This document shows, piece after piece, positions 19,402 through 27,878 of a DNA stretch of 48,402 nucleotides. Every line of letters begins with the position of its first letter. Position 1 is the stretch's first letter. The position numbers and the translations under genes are program-made. Under the pieces are notes generated by a model that saw only the letters and a program-made list of their open reading frames with translations, searched no databases and was not told where the DNA came from. The stretch comes from Thermoanaerobaculia bacterium (GTDB lineage Bacteria; Acidobacteriota; Thermoanaerobaculia; Multivoradales; Multivoraceae): contig DATKDQ010000053.1 of assembly GCA_035544635.1 (NCBI GenBank), positions 1 to 48,402 of the forward strand, given 5' to 3'.

Positions 19402-20211
19402 ATGAAGCGCGTGCTGACCGCCTTGACGGCGGGCTCGCTGGCGATCGCCGCGATCGTGCTGCTCGAGAGCTTCTGGCTGTTCTGGGTGGCGCTCGCGCTG
19501 CTTCAGGGCTGCGCCATCGAGTATCTACGGCTGGGCAGGCGCGTTCACGCCGAGCTGCCGCGGGCGATCTTCCTGCTCGTCCTACCCGCAGTTGCGCTGC
19601 TGTGGCTCGCCGCCGCGCCGTCACCTGCGGTCCTTCCCTTGGCCGCGCTCGCGGGGTCGCCACTCCTGTTCGCCGTCGCCCTCCTGGCGCGCGGCGGTAC
19701 GCCAGCGTCGGCGGTGGGGGCCCTCGGCTGGCTCTCCTTCGGTCTTCCCTACCTGGTCCTGCCGGTATGGGCCCTTTACGAGCTGCACCGGCAGAGCCGC
19801 TGGGTCCTCCTCGGCCTCCTGGTCGCGGTGTGGGCGAACGACTCGGTCGCGTTCTGGGTCGGTTCGACCTGGGGCAGGCGCAAGCTCGCGCCGCGCCTGT
19901 CGCCGAACAAGACCTGGGAGGGCGCCCTGGGCGGCCTGGTCGGCGGCTCGTTGATCGGGCTCGCCGCCCTGTGGTGGATGATCGGCCGTCAGCCGAGCTG
20001 GACCTTGGGGGCGATCCTGGTGGTCTCGATCGTGGCCGCCCAGCTCGGGGATCTGGTCGAATCCATGCTCAAGCGGGCCGCGGCGGTCAAGGACTCGGGC
20101 GCCCTGTTCCCCGGCCATGGTGGTTTGCTGGATCGGCTCGATGCAATTATTCTAGCCGTGCCGGTGTTTTACGGCCTGTTCGGGGCGACCGGTCTGGCGG
20201 CCGAGCTCTAG
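19402..20211 (+). CDS. cdsA: Phosphatidate cytidylyltransferase
   Basis: Polytopic membrane protein with the signature SMLKRAAAVKDSGALFPGHGGLLDRLD. ATG 19402. Confidence 0.9.
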   Translation: MKRVLTALTAGSLAIAAIVLLESFWLFWVALALLQGCAIEYLRLGRRVHAELPRAIFLLVLPAVALLWLAAAPSPAVLPLAALAGSPLLFAVALLARGGTPASAVGALGWLSFGLPYLVLPVWALYELHRQSRWVLLGLLVAVWANDSVAFWVGSTWGRRKLAPRLSPNKTWEGALGGLVGGSLIGLAALWWMIGRQPSWTLGAILVVSIVAAQLGDLVESMLKRAAAVKDSGALFPGHGGLLDRLDAIILAVPVFYGLFGATGLAAEL

Positions 20212-20326
20212 CCCTGGTCCAGGCCCCGCCGCGGGGCGGTGATCGTCCCGAGAGGCCGGGTCGGGCGCTTCGCCCGGCAACCATCCGGCGCGCCCCTACC
20301 TCTCGGGTCGCCACGGATCTCGCACC

Positions 20327-21685
20327 GTGCAGCTCCTCAGCAACGCGCTCGCCTTTCTCTTCGCCCTCGGCGTCATCGTGTTCGTTCACGAGCTGGGCCA
20401 CTACGTGGTGGCCAAGGCGTTCGGGGTCCGGGTACTCACATTCTCGCTGGGCTTCGGCCGCAAGCTCTGGGGATTCCGCCGCGGGGACACCGAGTACCGG
20501 GTGTCCTGGATCCCGCTCGGGGGCTATGTGAACTTCGCCGGCCATGACCCCGGCGAGCGCAGCCACGATCCGCGCGAGTACCTCAACCGGCCACGCTGGC
20601 AGCGTGTCCTGATCCTGCTTGCGGGGCCGTTCGCGAACGTCTTGCTGGCGGTGGTTCTGGTGGCGGCGGTGTTCATGACCGGGTTCGCCGCGCGCGACGC
20701 CGACGAGGTCCCCGCCGTCGTCGGCATGGTCGAGGAGGGCTCACCCGGTGCTGCGTCCGGGCTCGAGGCGGGAGACCGCGTGCTCACCGTCGAGGGCAGG
20801 CAAGTCGGCAACTGGCAGGATCTCATGTTCGCCATCCTCACCTCGCCCGAGAAGCCGCTGCGCATGGAGTACGAGCGGCTGGAGAGCCCCGGAGAGCCGG
20901 GCACCGTGGCCTCGACGATCCTGCGTCCGACGCGCATCCCGCGGGAGCGGGTGGGCGAGGCCGGCGTCCACCCGCTGGTGATGATCGGCGAGGTCGTCCC
21001 GGGGAGTGCCGCGGAAGAGGCCGGTATCCAGGTGGGCGACGCCGTGCTCGCCATCGAGGGCCACGGGATCAAGAGCTTCGTGGGGCTGCGCGAGCAGGTG
21101 GTGAACCGGCCCGGCGAGCCGCTCGAGCTCGAGATCCTGCGCGGGCGCGAGAGAATTCAGCTCACCGTCGTGCCGCGGCCGGACCGCCAGGGCGCGATGA
21201 TCGGCGTCGGCCAGCCGTTCCGCCGCTACTCGTTCGGCGAGGCCGTGGTCGAGAGCGTGCGGTTCAATGCCGATCTCACCGTCCAGATCCTGTTCCTGGT
21301 CGAGAAGATCTTCGAGCGCAGGATCTCGCTCCGGGCTTCGCTCGGCGGTCCCATCGAGATCGCGGCGGTGTCCGGAGCGGCGGCGCGGCGCGGCTTCCGC
21401 GACTTGCTCCTCTTCATGTCGTTCATCAGCATCAACCTGTTCATCTTCAACCTGTTCCCGATCCCGATCCTGGACGGCGGCCAGATCATGGTCCTGCTGG
21501 TCGAGGGTACGCTGCGACGCGACCTGTCGGTCCGGATCAAGGAACGGATCACCCAGGTGGGATTGGTTATGATCGTCATGCTGATGGCGATGGCGCTGTA
21601 CTTCGACCTCTCGAAGAATCTGCCATCGCTCCTCAAGCCATCGGCCGACGGCGTTGAAACCGGCTCCCCGAGCCAGGAGCACTAG
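20327..21685 (+). CDS. rseP: RIP metalloprotease RseP (site-2 protease, M50, with PDZ domains)
   Basis: HELGHY zinc site, two PDZ-like segments and NLFPIPILDGG. Note that dxr, often found between cdsA and rseP, is absent here. Confidence 0.9.
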   Translation: MQLLSNALAFLFALGVIVFVHELGHYVVAKAFGVRVLTFSLGFGRKLWGFRRGDTEYRVSWIPLGGYVNFAGHDPGERSHDPREYLNRPRWQRVLILLAGPFANVLLAVVLVAAVFMTGFAARDADEVPAVVGMVEEGSPGAASGLEAGDRVLTVEGRQVGNWQDLMFAILTSPEKPLRMEYERLESPGEPGTVASTILRPTRIPRERVGEAGVHPLVMIGEVVPGSAAEEAGIQVGDAVLAIEGHGIKSFVGLREQVVNRPGEPLELEILRGRERIQLTVVPRPDRQGAMIGVGQPFRRYSFGEAVVESVRFNADLTVQILFLVEKIFERRISLRASLGGPIEIAAVSGAAARRGFRDLLLFMSFISINLFIFNLFPIPILDGGQIMVLLVEGTLRRDLSVRIKERITQVGLVMIVMLMAMALYFDLSKNLPSLLKPSADGVETGSPSQEH

Positions 21686-21708
21686 CACCCTGCCCCGGGA
21701 CGGACAAT

Positions 21709-21791
21709 GCGCCGTCCGCGGCGCCAGAAAGGTCATGCTGGCGGAGGGAGTGGTAGATACCATTCCCGGAGCCAGCGCCGTCCGCGGCGCC
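21709..21791. repeat. Mosaic intergenic repeat: GC mini-hairpin / tetraloop hairpin / GC mini-hairpin
   Basis: GCGCCGTCCGCGGCGCC at 21709-21725 and again at 21775-21791, flanking GGGAGTGGT-AGAT-ACCATTCCC (21746-21767). Confidence 0.8.
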
Positions 21792-21834
21792 GGAAATCAC
21801 CGCTGGCCGAGGCGGCCAGCCTGGAGAAGCCACG

Positions 21835-22356
21835 ATGGTGGACCGAATCTCGATCGGCGACGAGGCGCCGAACTTCGACCTGAGTTCGACCGAGAGTTGC
21901 CTCCTGATGCTCAGGGACGAGGTGCCGCGGACCGCGGTCGTCCTCTACTTTTTCTCGGATCCCGCGTCGGAGCGCGCCCGCCGCGACCTGGTCGCGCTCG
22001 GCCGGGCCAAGGAGGAGCTACGCAAGGCGCACGCCAAGCCGCTCGCCATCTCGCGGGCCGACCTCGCTTCGCTGCGGAAGCTCCAGATCGATCTCCAGCT
22101 ACCCTATCCGCTGCTCCACGACGACCGCGACTTCTCCAGCCGCTACGGCGTTGCGCCGCCCGTGGAAGGGCAGGAGGCTTTACCAGCGCTCTACGTCGTG
22201 AATCGCCGGCAGCGCGTCCTGTGGCTGTCCAACCCGGTCGTTGCGGTCGAGGAGGCCCTGCCGGAAGTGCTCAAGTCACTCGAGGATCAGGGCTCGCCCG
22301 CCGGCCAGTATCCGCGCAGCGTGGTCAACCGCCTGGTCGATCGCTGGGTGAATTAG
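21835..22356 (+). CDS. Thioredoxin-fold, AhpC/TSA (Bcp)-like protein lacking the peroxidatic cysteine
   Basis: GDEAPNFDL...VVLYFF matches the Bcp entry. The PxxxTxxC active-site stretch is replaced by SDPASERAR. Confidence 0.65.
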   Translation: MVDRISIGDEAPNFDLSSTESCLLMLRDEVPRTAVVLYFFSDPASERARRDLVALGRAKEELRKAHAKPLAISRADLASLRKLQIDLQLPYPLLHDDRDFSSRYGVAPPVEGQEALPALYVVNRRQRVLWLSNPVVAVEEALPEVLKSLEDQGSPAGQYPRSVVNRLVDRWVN

Positions 22357-22393
22357 TGCCTCGCGTCGCGCGATCGCTCGGAGCGAGTCGCTA

Positions 22394-23149
22394 GTGTCTC
22401 GGCGGCTCCTGCGCGCGCTCGGGCATCTGGTCTGGGCGGGTGTCCTCCTGGCGGGGTTCGTCCTCTCCTCGTATCTGGCGTTCAACGGGTTCGTGCGGCG
22501 CGGCGAGGTCATCCTGCCCGAGGTCGTGGGGCTGTCGCTCGATGAGGCGGAGGCGCGGCTCGCGACCGCCGGCATCGCGGTGCGTTGGCAGAAGGAGCGC
22601 GATCGCTTCGACGCCGACGTGCCTCCGGGCAAGGTGGTGCTCCAGATCCCGAAGGGAGGGACGCCGGCGAAGCGGCGCAGCGTGGTCGAGGTGGCGCTGT
22701 CACGGGGGCGCGAGCTGGTCGAGGTGCCGGACCTGGCGGGTCAGCCGATGCCGACCGTGCTCGTGCATCTGCGCGCGGCCGGCCTCACGGTGGGCCGGTC
22801 GTTCGGGATCTACGCCCCGGGCGGCGCCGAGGGCGTGGTCGTGCTCCAGGCACCGTCGCCCGGAGCACGCGTGGATCCTGCGACCCCGGTCGATCTCTTC
22901 CTGCGCCTCGCCGACACCGGCGAGAGCTACGTAATGCCCGACCTGATCTACCGCCAATACGACGGCGTGCGCGAGTTCTTCGAGCGCCGCGGCTTCCGCT
23001 TGGGGAGCGTCAAGTACGAGCTCTACGAGGGGGTGGCGCCGGGGGTCGTCCTGCGGCAGCACCCGCTTGCCGGCCACCGGCTGCGCCCTCGCGACGTGAT
23101 CTCGCTGGTGGTGGCGGACGGACGGCGGGTCGCCGAGGTCGGCCGGTGA
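22394..23149 (+). CDS. Membrane-anchored PASTA-domain protein (TM + 3 PASTA repeats, no kinase or transpeptidase domain)
   Basis: N-terminal TM helix, then three roughly 65-aa repeats starting PEVVGLSLDEA, VEVPDLAGQPM and YVMPDLIYRQY. Confidence 0.8.
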   Translation: MSRRLLRALGHLVWAGVLLAGFVLSSYLAFNGFVRRGEVILPEVVGLSLDEAEARLATAGIAVRWQKERDRFDADVPPGKVVLQIPKGGTPAKRRSVVEVALSRGRELVEVPDLAGQPMPTVLVHLRAAGLTVGRSFGIYAPGGAEGVVVLQAPSPGARVDPATPVDLFLRLADTGESYVMPDLIYRQYDGVREFFERRGFRLGSVKYELYEGVAPGVVLRQHPLAGHRLRPRDVISLVVADGRRVAEVGR

Positions 23150-23805
23150 AGATCGCTCCCTCCATCCTGGCGGCGGACCTCCTGGACCTCGGCGGTGCGG
23201 TGGCGGCGGCCGAGGCGGGCGGCGCCGAGCTCCTCCACGTCGACGTCATGGACGGGCACTTCGTGCCGAACCTGACCTTCGGGATCCCGGTGGTGGCCGC
23301 CCTCTCGCGCCGGACGCGGTTGCCGCTCGACGTGCATCTCATGGTGTCGAACCCCGAGCGGCTGCTCGACGCCTATGTCGAGGCCGGCGCCGCCTGGGTA
23401 TCGGTTCACTGGGAGGCCGCACCGCATCTTCACCGCCTCGTCACTCACCTGCGCGGCCGCGGCGTGCGGGCCGGCGTCGCGCTCAACCCGGCCACGCCGG
23501 TGGGAGTGCTCGAGGACGTGCTCCCCGCCCTCGACTACGTGCTGGTCATGTCGGTCGATCCGGGATGGAGCGGGCAGCCGTTCCTGCCGGGAGCGCTGGA
23601 GAAGGCCGCGAAGCTTCGGGAGACGATCGCCCGCCGTGGCCTCGCGGTCGAGATCGAGATGGACGGAGGGATCGGCCCGGCGAACGTGAGCGCGGTGGCG
23701 CGGAGCGGTGTCGACGTCGCCGTCGCGGGTTCGGAGGTCTACCGGCAGCCTGATCCGGCGGCGGCCATCCGGGCGCTGCGCTCGCGCATCGAGGCGGCGG
23801 CATGA
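23146..23805 (+). CDS. rpe: Ribulose-phosphate 3-epimerase
   Basis: KIAPSILAADL, HVDVMDGHFVPNLTFG, MSVDPGWSGQPF. GTG start overlaps the PASTA stop (GTGA). Confidence 0.95.
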   Translation: MKIAPSILAADLLDLGGAVAAAEAGGAELLHVDVMDGHFVPNLTFGIPVVAALSRRTRLPLDVHLMVSNPERLLDAYVEAGAAWVSVHWEAAPHLHRLVTHLRGRGVRAGVALNPATPVGVLEDVLPALDYVLVMSVDPGWSGQPFLPGALEKAAKLRETIARRGLAVEIEMDGGIGPANVSAVARSGVDVAVAGSEVYRQPDPAAAIRALRSRIEAAA

Positions 23806-24683
23806 ACAGGACCGCCCGCGGGATCGCGGCGCTCCTCGCGCTGCTGCTCGGCGTCGCCGCCTGCGGCGGAGTGCGGGAGGATCCCATTCTCCAGCTGTCC
23901 TCGGCGGAGGCCCTGGCCGAGGGGCGCAAGCTCATGGCGGAGGGCAAGTTCGGCCCGGCCCGCCGCTACTTCATCCACGCGTTCGAGGTCGAGCCCAACT
24001 CGGCCACCGGACGCGAGGGCCTGCTGCTGGCGGCCGACGCCTTCTTCATGGCGGGCGGCGAGGACAACCTGATCAAGGCCGAGGCCCGTTATCGCGACTT
24101 CGTCAACCGCTTCCCGACCAGCGAGCACGCGGCCTACGCGCAGTTTCAGATCGGCCTGTCGCAATCGCGTCGGATCGCGAAGCCCGACCGCGATCAGGCG
24201 GTCTCGAAGCAGGCGCTCCAGTCGCTGGAGGAGGTGCGACGGTTCTATCCGACGTCGACCTACGCCGAGCAGGCCGCCGAGGAGATCGAGCGGGTGCGCG
24301 GTCGTCTGGCGGAGCACGACTACCTGGTCGGCCGCTTCTACCAGCGATTCGGGCTTCCCTTCTCCGCGATCCAACGCTACGAGTACCTGCTCGAGAACTA
24401 TCCGGAGTACGACGAGAAGGACAAGGTGCTCTACCATCTGTGCACGGCCTACGCCGACCGCAAAGGTCAGGGCGACGGCCAGCGCGCGCGAGACGTCTGC
24501 GATCGTCTGGCGCGCGAGTTCCCAGAGAGCGAGTATGTGGCGAAGATCCCCAAGAAATGGCCTGAAGATCCGAAGCAGCCGCCCGCGCCCGCTCAGCCGG
24601 ACGCGAAGGACGAGCCCGCGGAGACGCGCGCTGGCGCGGGCCGCGGGACCTATCCTCCTCCTGCTGCTGACGACGGCCTGTAG
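23802..24683 (+). CDS. bamD: Outer membrane protein assembly factor BamD (YfiO-like TPR lipoprotein)
   Basis: Lipobox LLLGVAAC-G. YfiO-like helical repeats (RYRDFVNRFPTSEHAAYAQFQIGLS). ATGA overlap with the rpe stop. Confidence 0.8.
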   Translation: MNRTARGIAALLALLLGVAACGGVREDPILQLSSAEALAEGRKLMAEGKFGPARRYFIHAFEVEPNSATGREGLLLAADAFFMAGGEDNLIKAEARYRDFVNRFPTSEHAAYAQFQIGLSQSRRIAKPDRDQAVSKQALQSLEEVRRFYPTSTYAEQAAEEIERVRGRLAEHDYLVGRFYQRFGLPFSAIQRYEYLLENYPEYDEKDKVLYHLCTAYADRKGQGDGQRARDVCDRLAREFPESEYVAKIPKKWPEDPKQPPAPAQPDAKDEPAETRAGAGRGTYPPPAADDGL

Positions 24684-25485
24684 CGCGCAGGTTCCGTTCA
24701 CCGGGCGCTCGCGCGGGCTCGAGGAGGACGTCGCGGCGCTCGAGCGGCGCGTGGTCGAGCTGCAGCGCCAGACCACCGTGGACAAGGTGGAGATCGACCG
24801 CCTGCGCCAGAAGTTGGCCGCGCTCGAGGAGCGCCTCGACCGCGAGGCAGAGGAGCGGGCAGCCGCCGCGGCGCGCGCCAGTGCTCCGCGGGGGCTCCGG
24901 GAAGAGAACGTGCCGGCGCCGCGCCGGGTCGAGGTGATCGAGGTCTCGGACCTCGAGGAGCCGCTGGACGAGGCGATCCAGGAAGAGTCGCAGGCGGCGT
25001 CCGGGCCGGCGTCGACCCTCTCGACCGGGGCGGTGCGCCCCGAGCCGGCGCCACCGGCGGGGACCGAATCGGCGCCGGCGGGTGGGCCGTCGGTCGCCAC
25101 CACCATCATCACACCGGCCGCCCAGGCGCTCTACGACCAGGGCTACAGCCTCTACCATCAGGGGCGGTACACCGATGCCGAGGAGACCTTCCACCGCTTT
25201 CTGGCCGCCTATGCGCGTACCGATCTCGGTGACAATGCTCGTTACTGGATCGGTGAATGCCGGCTCGCGCGCAACGAGCTCCAGGGCGCGCTCGACGCCT
25301 TCCGCGAGACCGTGCGCGAGTACCCCGACGGCAACAAGACGCCGGACGCGCTGCTGCGCGCGGGCGAGGTCCTCGAGCGCCTGGGCGACGCCGACGGCGC
25401 GCGGGCCAGCTACCGGGAGGTCGAGCGGCGCTTTCCGGAGAGCGCTGCCAGCGCCGAGGCGAGCGGCCGCCTGGAGCGACTGTGA
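24535..25485 (+). CDS. cpoB: Tol-Pal system protein CpoB/YbgF (coiled coil + C-terminal TPR)
   Basis: Coiled-coil segment (VAALERRVVELQRQ...) and the YbgF TPR block YDQGYSLYHQGRYTDAEETFHRFL...ARYWIGEC...REYPDGNKTPDALL. Start is uncertain: the only in-frame ATG/GTG upstream of the signal peptide is ATG 24535, which overlaps bamD by 149 nt. Confidence 0.75.
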   Translation: MWRRSPRNGLKIRSSRPRPLSRTRRTSPRRRALARAAGPILLLLLTTACSAQVPFTGRSRGLEEDVAALERRVVELQRQTTVDKVEIDRLRQKLAALEERLDREAEERAAAAARASAPRGLREENVPAPRRVEVIEVSDLEEPLDEAIQEESQAASGPASTLSTGAVRPEPAPPAGTESAPAGGPSVATTIITPAAQALYDQGYSLYHQGRYTDAEETFHRFLAAYARTDLGDNARYWIGECRLARNELQGALDAFRETVREYPDGNKTPDALLRAGEVLERLGDADGARASYREVERRFPESAASAEASGRLERL

Positions 25486-25545
25486 GCGCCGCCCTGGGCA
25501 CCGGCTTCGGCGTCGAGCCGACTCGAGGGGCAGGCCGCCTAAGCC

Positions 25546-25574
25546 TTGACAAACCAAGGCGACAGGGCTAGCCT
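25546..25574 (+). promoter_or_regulatory. Candidate sigma70 promoter for the LysM gene
   Basis: TTGACA (25546-25551), 17-nt spacer, TAGCCT (25569-25574). Followed by a relatively AT-rich leader containing the palindrome CCCTCCGCGGAGGG and RBS AGGAGG. Confidence 0.3.
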
Positions 25575-25655
25575 CTCAAGGCACTCAATAGGCTTGTATC
25601 GATAGGCGCATTTTGCGTTGCACCCGTCCCCTCCGCGGAGGGCTTTGGCAGGAGG

Positions 25656-26870
25656 TTGTCGTTGACTAGAACGCGCCTGGCGCTCGCAACAGCCCTGCTC
25701 GTCCTCGCCGCCGGCAGCCTGCCGGCGCAGACACCCCCGTCGGATCTCCACCTGGTCGGCGACCACTGGACGGCCTGGGACCCGCCCACCGAGTTCCCCG
25801 AGGGGGTCGAGGTCTACACCATCGTGGTCGGGGACACGCTGTGGGACCTCGCCCAGCGATTCCTCGGCGATCCCTACCTGTGGCCTCAGATCTGGGAGCG
25901 CAATCGCTACATTCTGGACGCTCACTGGATCTACCCGGGCGATCCACTCCTGCTCGGTCTCGAGGTGGCCGCGCCCGGGACGCCCACCGCCGCCGAGCTG
26001 ACCGACTTGGACCAGCCCGCGGTGGGCGAGACCGCCCCTCCGGCGTCCGAGATCGCGGTCGCGCAGCCGTCGATCGGTGCCGTCGAAATCGGCGCGCCGT
26101 CCTACCCGTTCGTGCAGCTCGGCAGCGCGGACGACATCTACTGCAGCGGCTACATCGGCGACGTGAGCGAGGAGTTTCCCTATCAGATCGTCGGCAGCGA
26201 GTACGAGTTCCTAAAGCCCACGTTCGAGTACCGCGGCGCGCGCGCCCCGATCCAGGCGCGCTTCGGAGCGGCCGATACGGTCAAGTACGGGCTCAGCCTC
26301 GGCGACATCGTGTACCTGGATCGCGGCGACTCGGGCGGGCTCTCGCCCGGTGACGTCCTGACGGCGGTCGAGCCGGAGCACGTGGTGAAGCATCCCTTGA
26401 CCGGCAAGCCGGTCGGACGTTTCCACTCCTACAACGGGCGCGTGCTCGTGCTCGCAGTGCAGGAGGAGACAGCGATCGGCGAGATCGTGCAGAGCTGCGA
26501 CCCGATCATTATCGGCTCCACGCTCAGACCGTTCGTGCCGGAGCCGGTGCCCTCGGAGCGCAGGCAGCCGATGCGCCCGCAGACCGATCCGTCGAGCCGC
26601 GAGGCGCTGGCCAACGCCGCCACCATCGTGTTCGCCAAGGACCGCCTGGTCACGCTGGGCCAGGACCACGTCGTCTTCATCGACCGCGGCGAGGAGAACG
26701 ACCTCGTCCCGGGCGACGTGCTGACGGTCTACCGCGTCCCGGCGTCCAACCTCCCGCCGCTGGTGCTCGGCGAGATCGCCATCCTCTCGGTGCGTCCGTA
26801 CACTTCGGTGGCGAAAGTGGTGACCTCGCGTCATCCGATGTACGTCGGTGACCTGGCGCTGCTCGACTGA
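25656..26870 (+). CDS. Exported LysM (peptidoglycan-binding) domain protein
   Basis: Signal peptide (LALATALLVLAAGSLPAQ) and LysM motif YTIVVGDTLWDLAQRFLGDPYLWPQIWERN. The remainder is an unassigned beta-rich domain. TTG start. Confidence 0.75.
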   Translation: MSLTRTRLALATALLVLAAGSLPAQTPPSDLHLVGDHWTAWDPPTEFPEGVEVYTIVVGDTLWDLAQRFLGDPYLWPQIWERNRYILDAHWIYPGDPLLLGLEVAAPGTPTAAELTDLDQPAVGETAPPASEIAVAQPSIGAVEIGAPSYPFVQLGSADDIYCSGYIGDVSEEFPYQIVGSEYEFLKPTFEYRGARAPIQARFGAADTVKYGLSLGDIVYLDRGDSGGLSPGDVLTAVEPEHVVKHPLTGKPVGRFHSYNGRVLVLAVQEETAIGEIVQSCDPIIIGSTLRPFVPEPVPSERRQPMRPQTDPSSREALANAATIVFAKDRLVTLGQDHVVFIDRGEENDLVPGDVLTVYRVPASNLPPLVLGEIAILSVRPYTSVAKVVTSRHPMYVGDLALLD

Positions 26871-27004
26871 GCGGCGCGCCCACGCTGGTAGCCGCCGTGC
26901 CGCTCGTCGAGCCAGGCACGCCGGCATCTTCGCCGGGCTCAGCGAGCGCGCGCGCCTCGACGAAAAAGATCGCGTCGAGGACCGCTCTCGTCGACGAAGG
27001 ATTG

Positions 27005-27013
27005 TGGTATGTT
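27005..27013 (+). promoter_or_regulatory. Candidate extended -10 promoter element (TGgTATGTT) for the Fis-type gene
   Basis: TG-n-TATGTT at 27005-27013, downstream of an 8-bp inverted repeat with an A-rich loop (26955-26980). No good -35. Confidence 0.3.
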
Positions 27014-27045
27014 CCGCCGATCCCGTCGAGGAAGAGAGGCGCTGG

Positions 27046-27324
27046 TTGAGCGGTGAGAATCTGAACGGCCAGCTCACTCGTCTGGTGAGCGAGCTGGTGC
27101 GCCGGGGCGTGACGCTCGAGCAGGCGCGCAACGAGTTCGAGAAGCAGTTCATCCTCGCGTCACTGCGAAATCACGACGGGAACTTCTCGCGCTCGGCGAA
27201 GTTCCTCGGCGTGCACCGCAACACGCTGCGCAACAAGATCACGACGCTGGGGATGTCGGCGTCGGACTTCGAGGGGGCGCGCAGCGTCAAGAAGCGCCGC
27301 GGTTCACGCGTCGCCCACCGCTGA
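27046..27324 (+). CDS. Small Fis-family helix-turn-helix DNA-binding protein
   Basis: C-terminal HTH_8 motif GNFSRSAKFLGVHRNTLRNKI. TTG 27046 preceded by GAGGAAGAGAGG (alternative GTG 27004). The track ORF from 26848 overlaps the LysM gene end. Confidence 0.7.
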   Translation: MSGENLNGQLTRLVSELVRRGVTLEQARNEFEKQFILASLRNHDGNFSRSAKFLGVHRNTLRNKITTLGMSASDFEGARSVKKRRGSRVAHR

Positions 27325-27418
27325 CCGGCGGTCGCGGCCCGGGGGCTAGGAGGGTGTCCGAGTAATGCAGGTCAGCGTTTCGGAGCACGGGAGCCCGTCG
27401 TCCGCTGACGGGCGACGC

Positions 27419-27489
27419 GCGCCGTCCGCGGCGCCCAACAGCAACTAGCCTCCGGAGGAGCGTGCTATTCAGCACGCTCCGGAGGCTAG
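27419..27489. repeat. Mosaic intergenic repeat: GC mini-hairpin + long hairpin (type H2)
   Basis: GCGCCGTCCGCGGCGCC (27419-27435), then CTAGCCTCCGGAGGAGCGTGCT-ATTC-AGCACGCTCCGGAGGCTAG (27445-27489; about 20-bp stem with a 2-nt bulge). The tatA stop codon (27486-27488) lies inside the stem. Sits between the convergent Fis-type gene and tatA. Confidence 0.8.
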
Positions 27490-27701
27490 CTCACCTTGTC
27501 GTCGGCGCCGCGCTCCTCGAGCGTGGGCGGCTCCTCGCTCTTCAAGCCGCGCTTGAAGTTGCGGATTCCCTCGCCCAGGCCGCGGCCGAGCGCGGGCAGC
27601 TTGGTGGCGCCGAAGATGATGAGAACCATGAGGAAGATCAGCAGCAGCTCCTGGAAGCCCAGGGGGCCGATGAACAACGGCATCGCGTGGAGAGTGGTCA
27701 T
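27486..27701 (-). CDS. tatA: Twin-arginine translocase subunit TatA/E
   Basis: [41 protein letters not shown]. The start could be the second ATG at 27683. Confidence 0.9.
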   Translation of the reverse strand: MTTLHAMPLFIGPLGFQELLLIFLMVLIIFGATKLPALGRGLGEGIRNFKRGLKSEEPPTLEERGADDKVS

Positions 27702-27802
27702 GGGGCCTCCAGTGGGGGCGTTTCGAGCGCCGCGTCGGCCGCCTGTGCCGGATGTTTCGCGCCGCCTCGCCTCGAACGGCTCATTCTAGCAGAGGGCCGG
27801 GA

Positions 27803-27878
27803 GCCGAGCCGCGCGGCGCAGACGCGCTTGGCGGGGAGCATCAGCTAGCGGGGCCGTGGTAGTGACCACGGACCCGCT
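27803..27878 (+). repeat. 76-nt repeat element, copy 1
   Basis: ccgagccgcgcggcgcagAcgcgcttggcggggagcatcagctagcggggccgtggtagtgaccacggacccgcta. It is the reverse complement of 45233-45308 with one mismatch. Confidence 0.9.
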
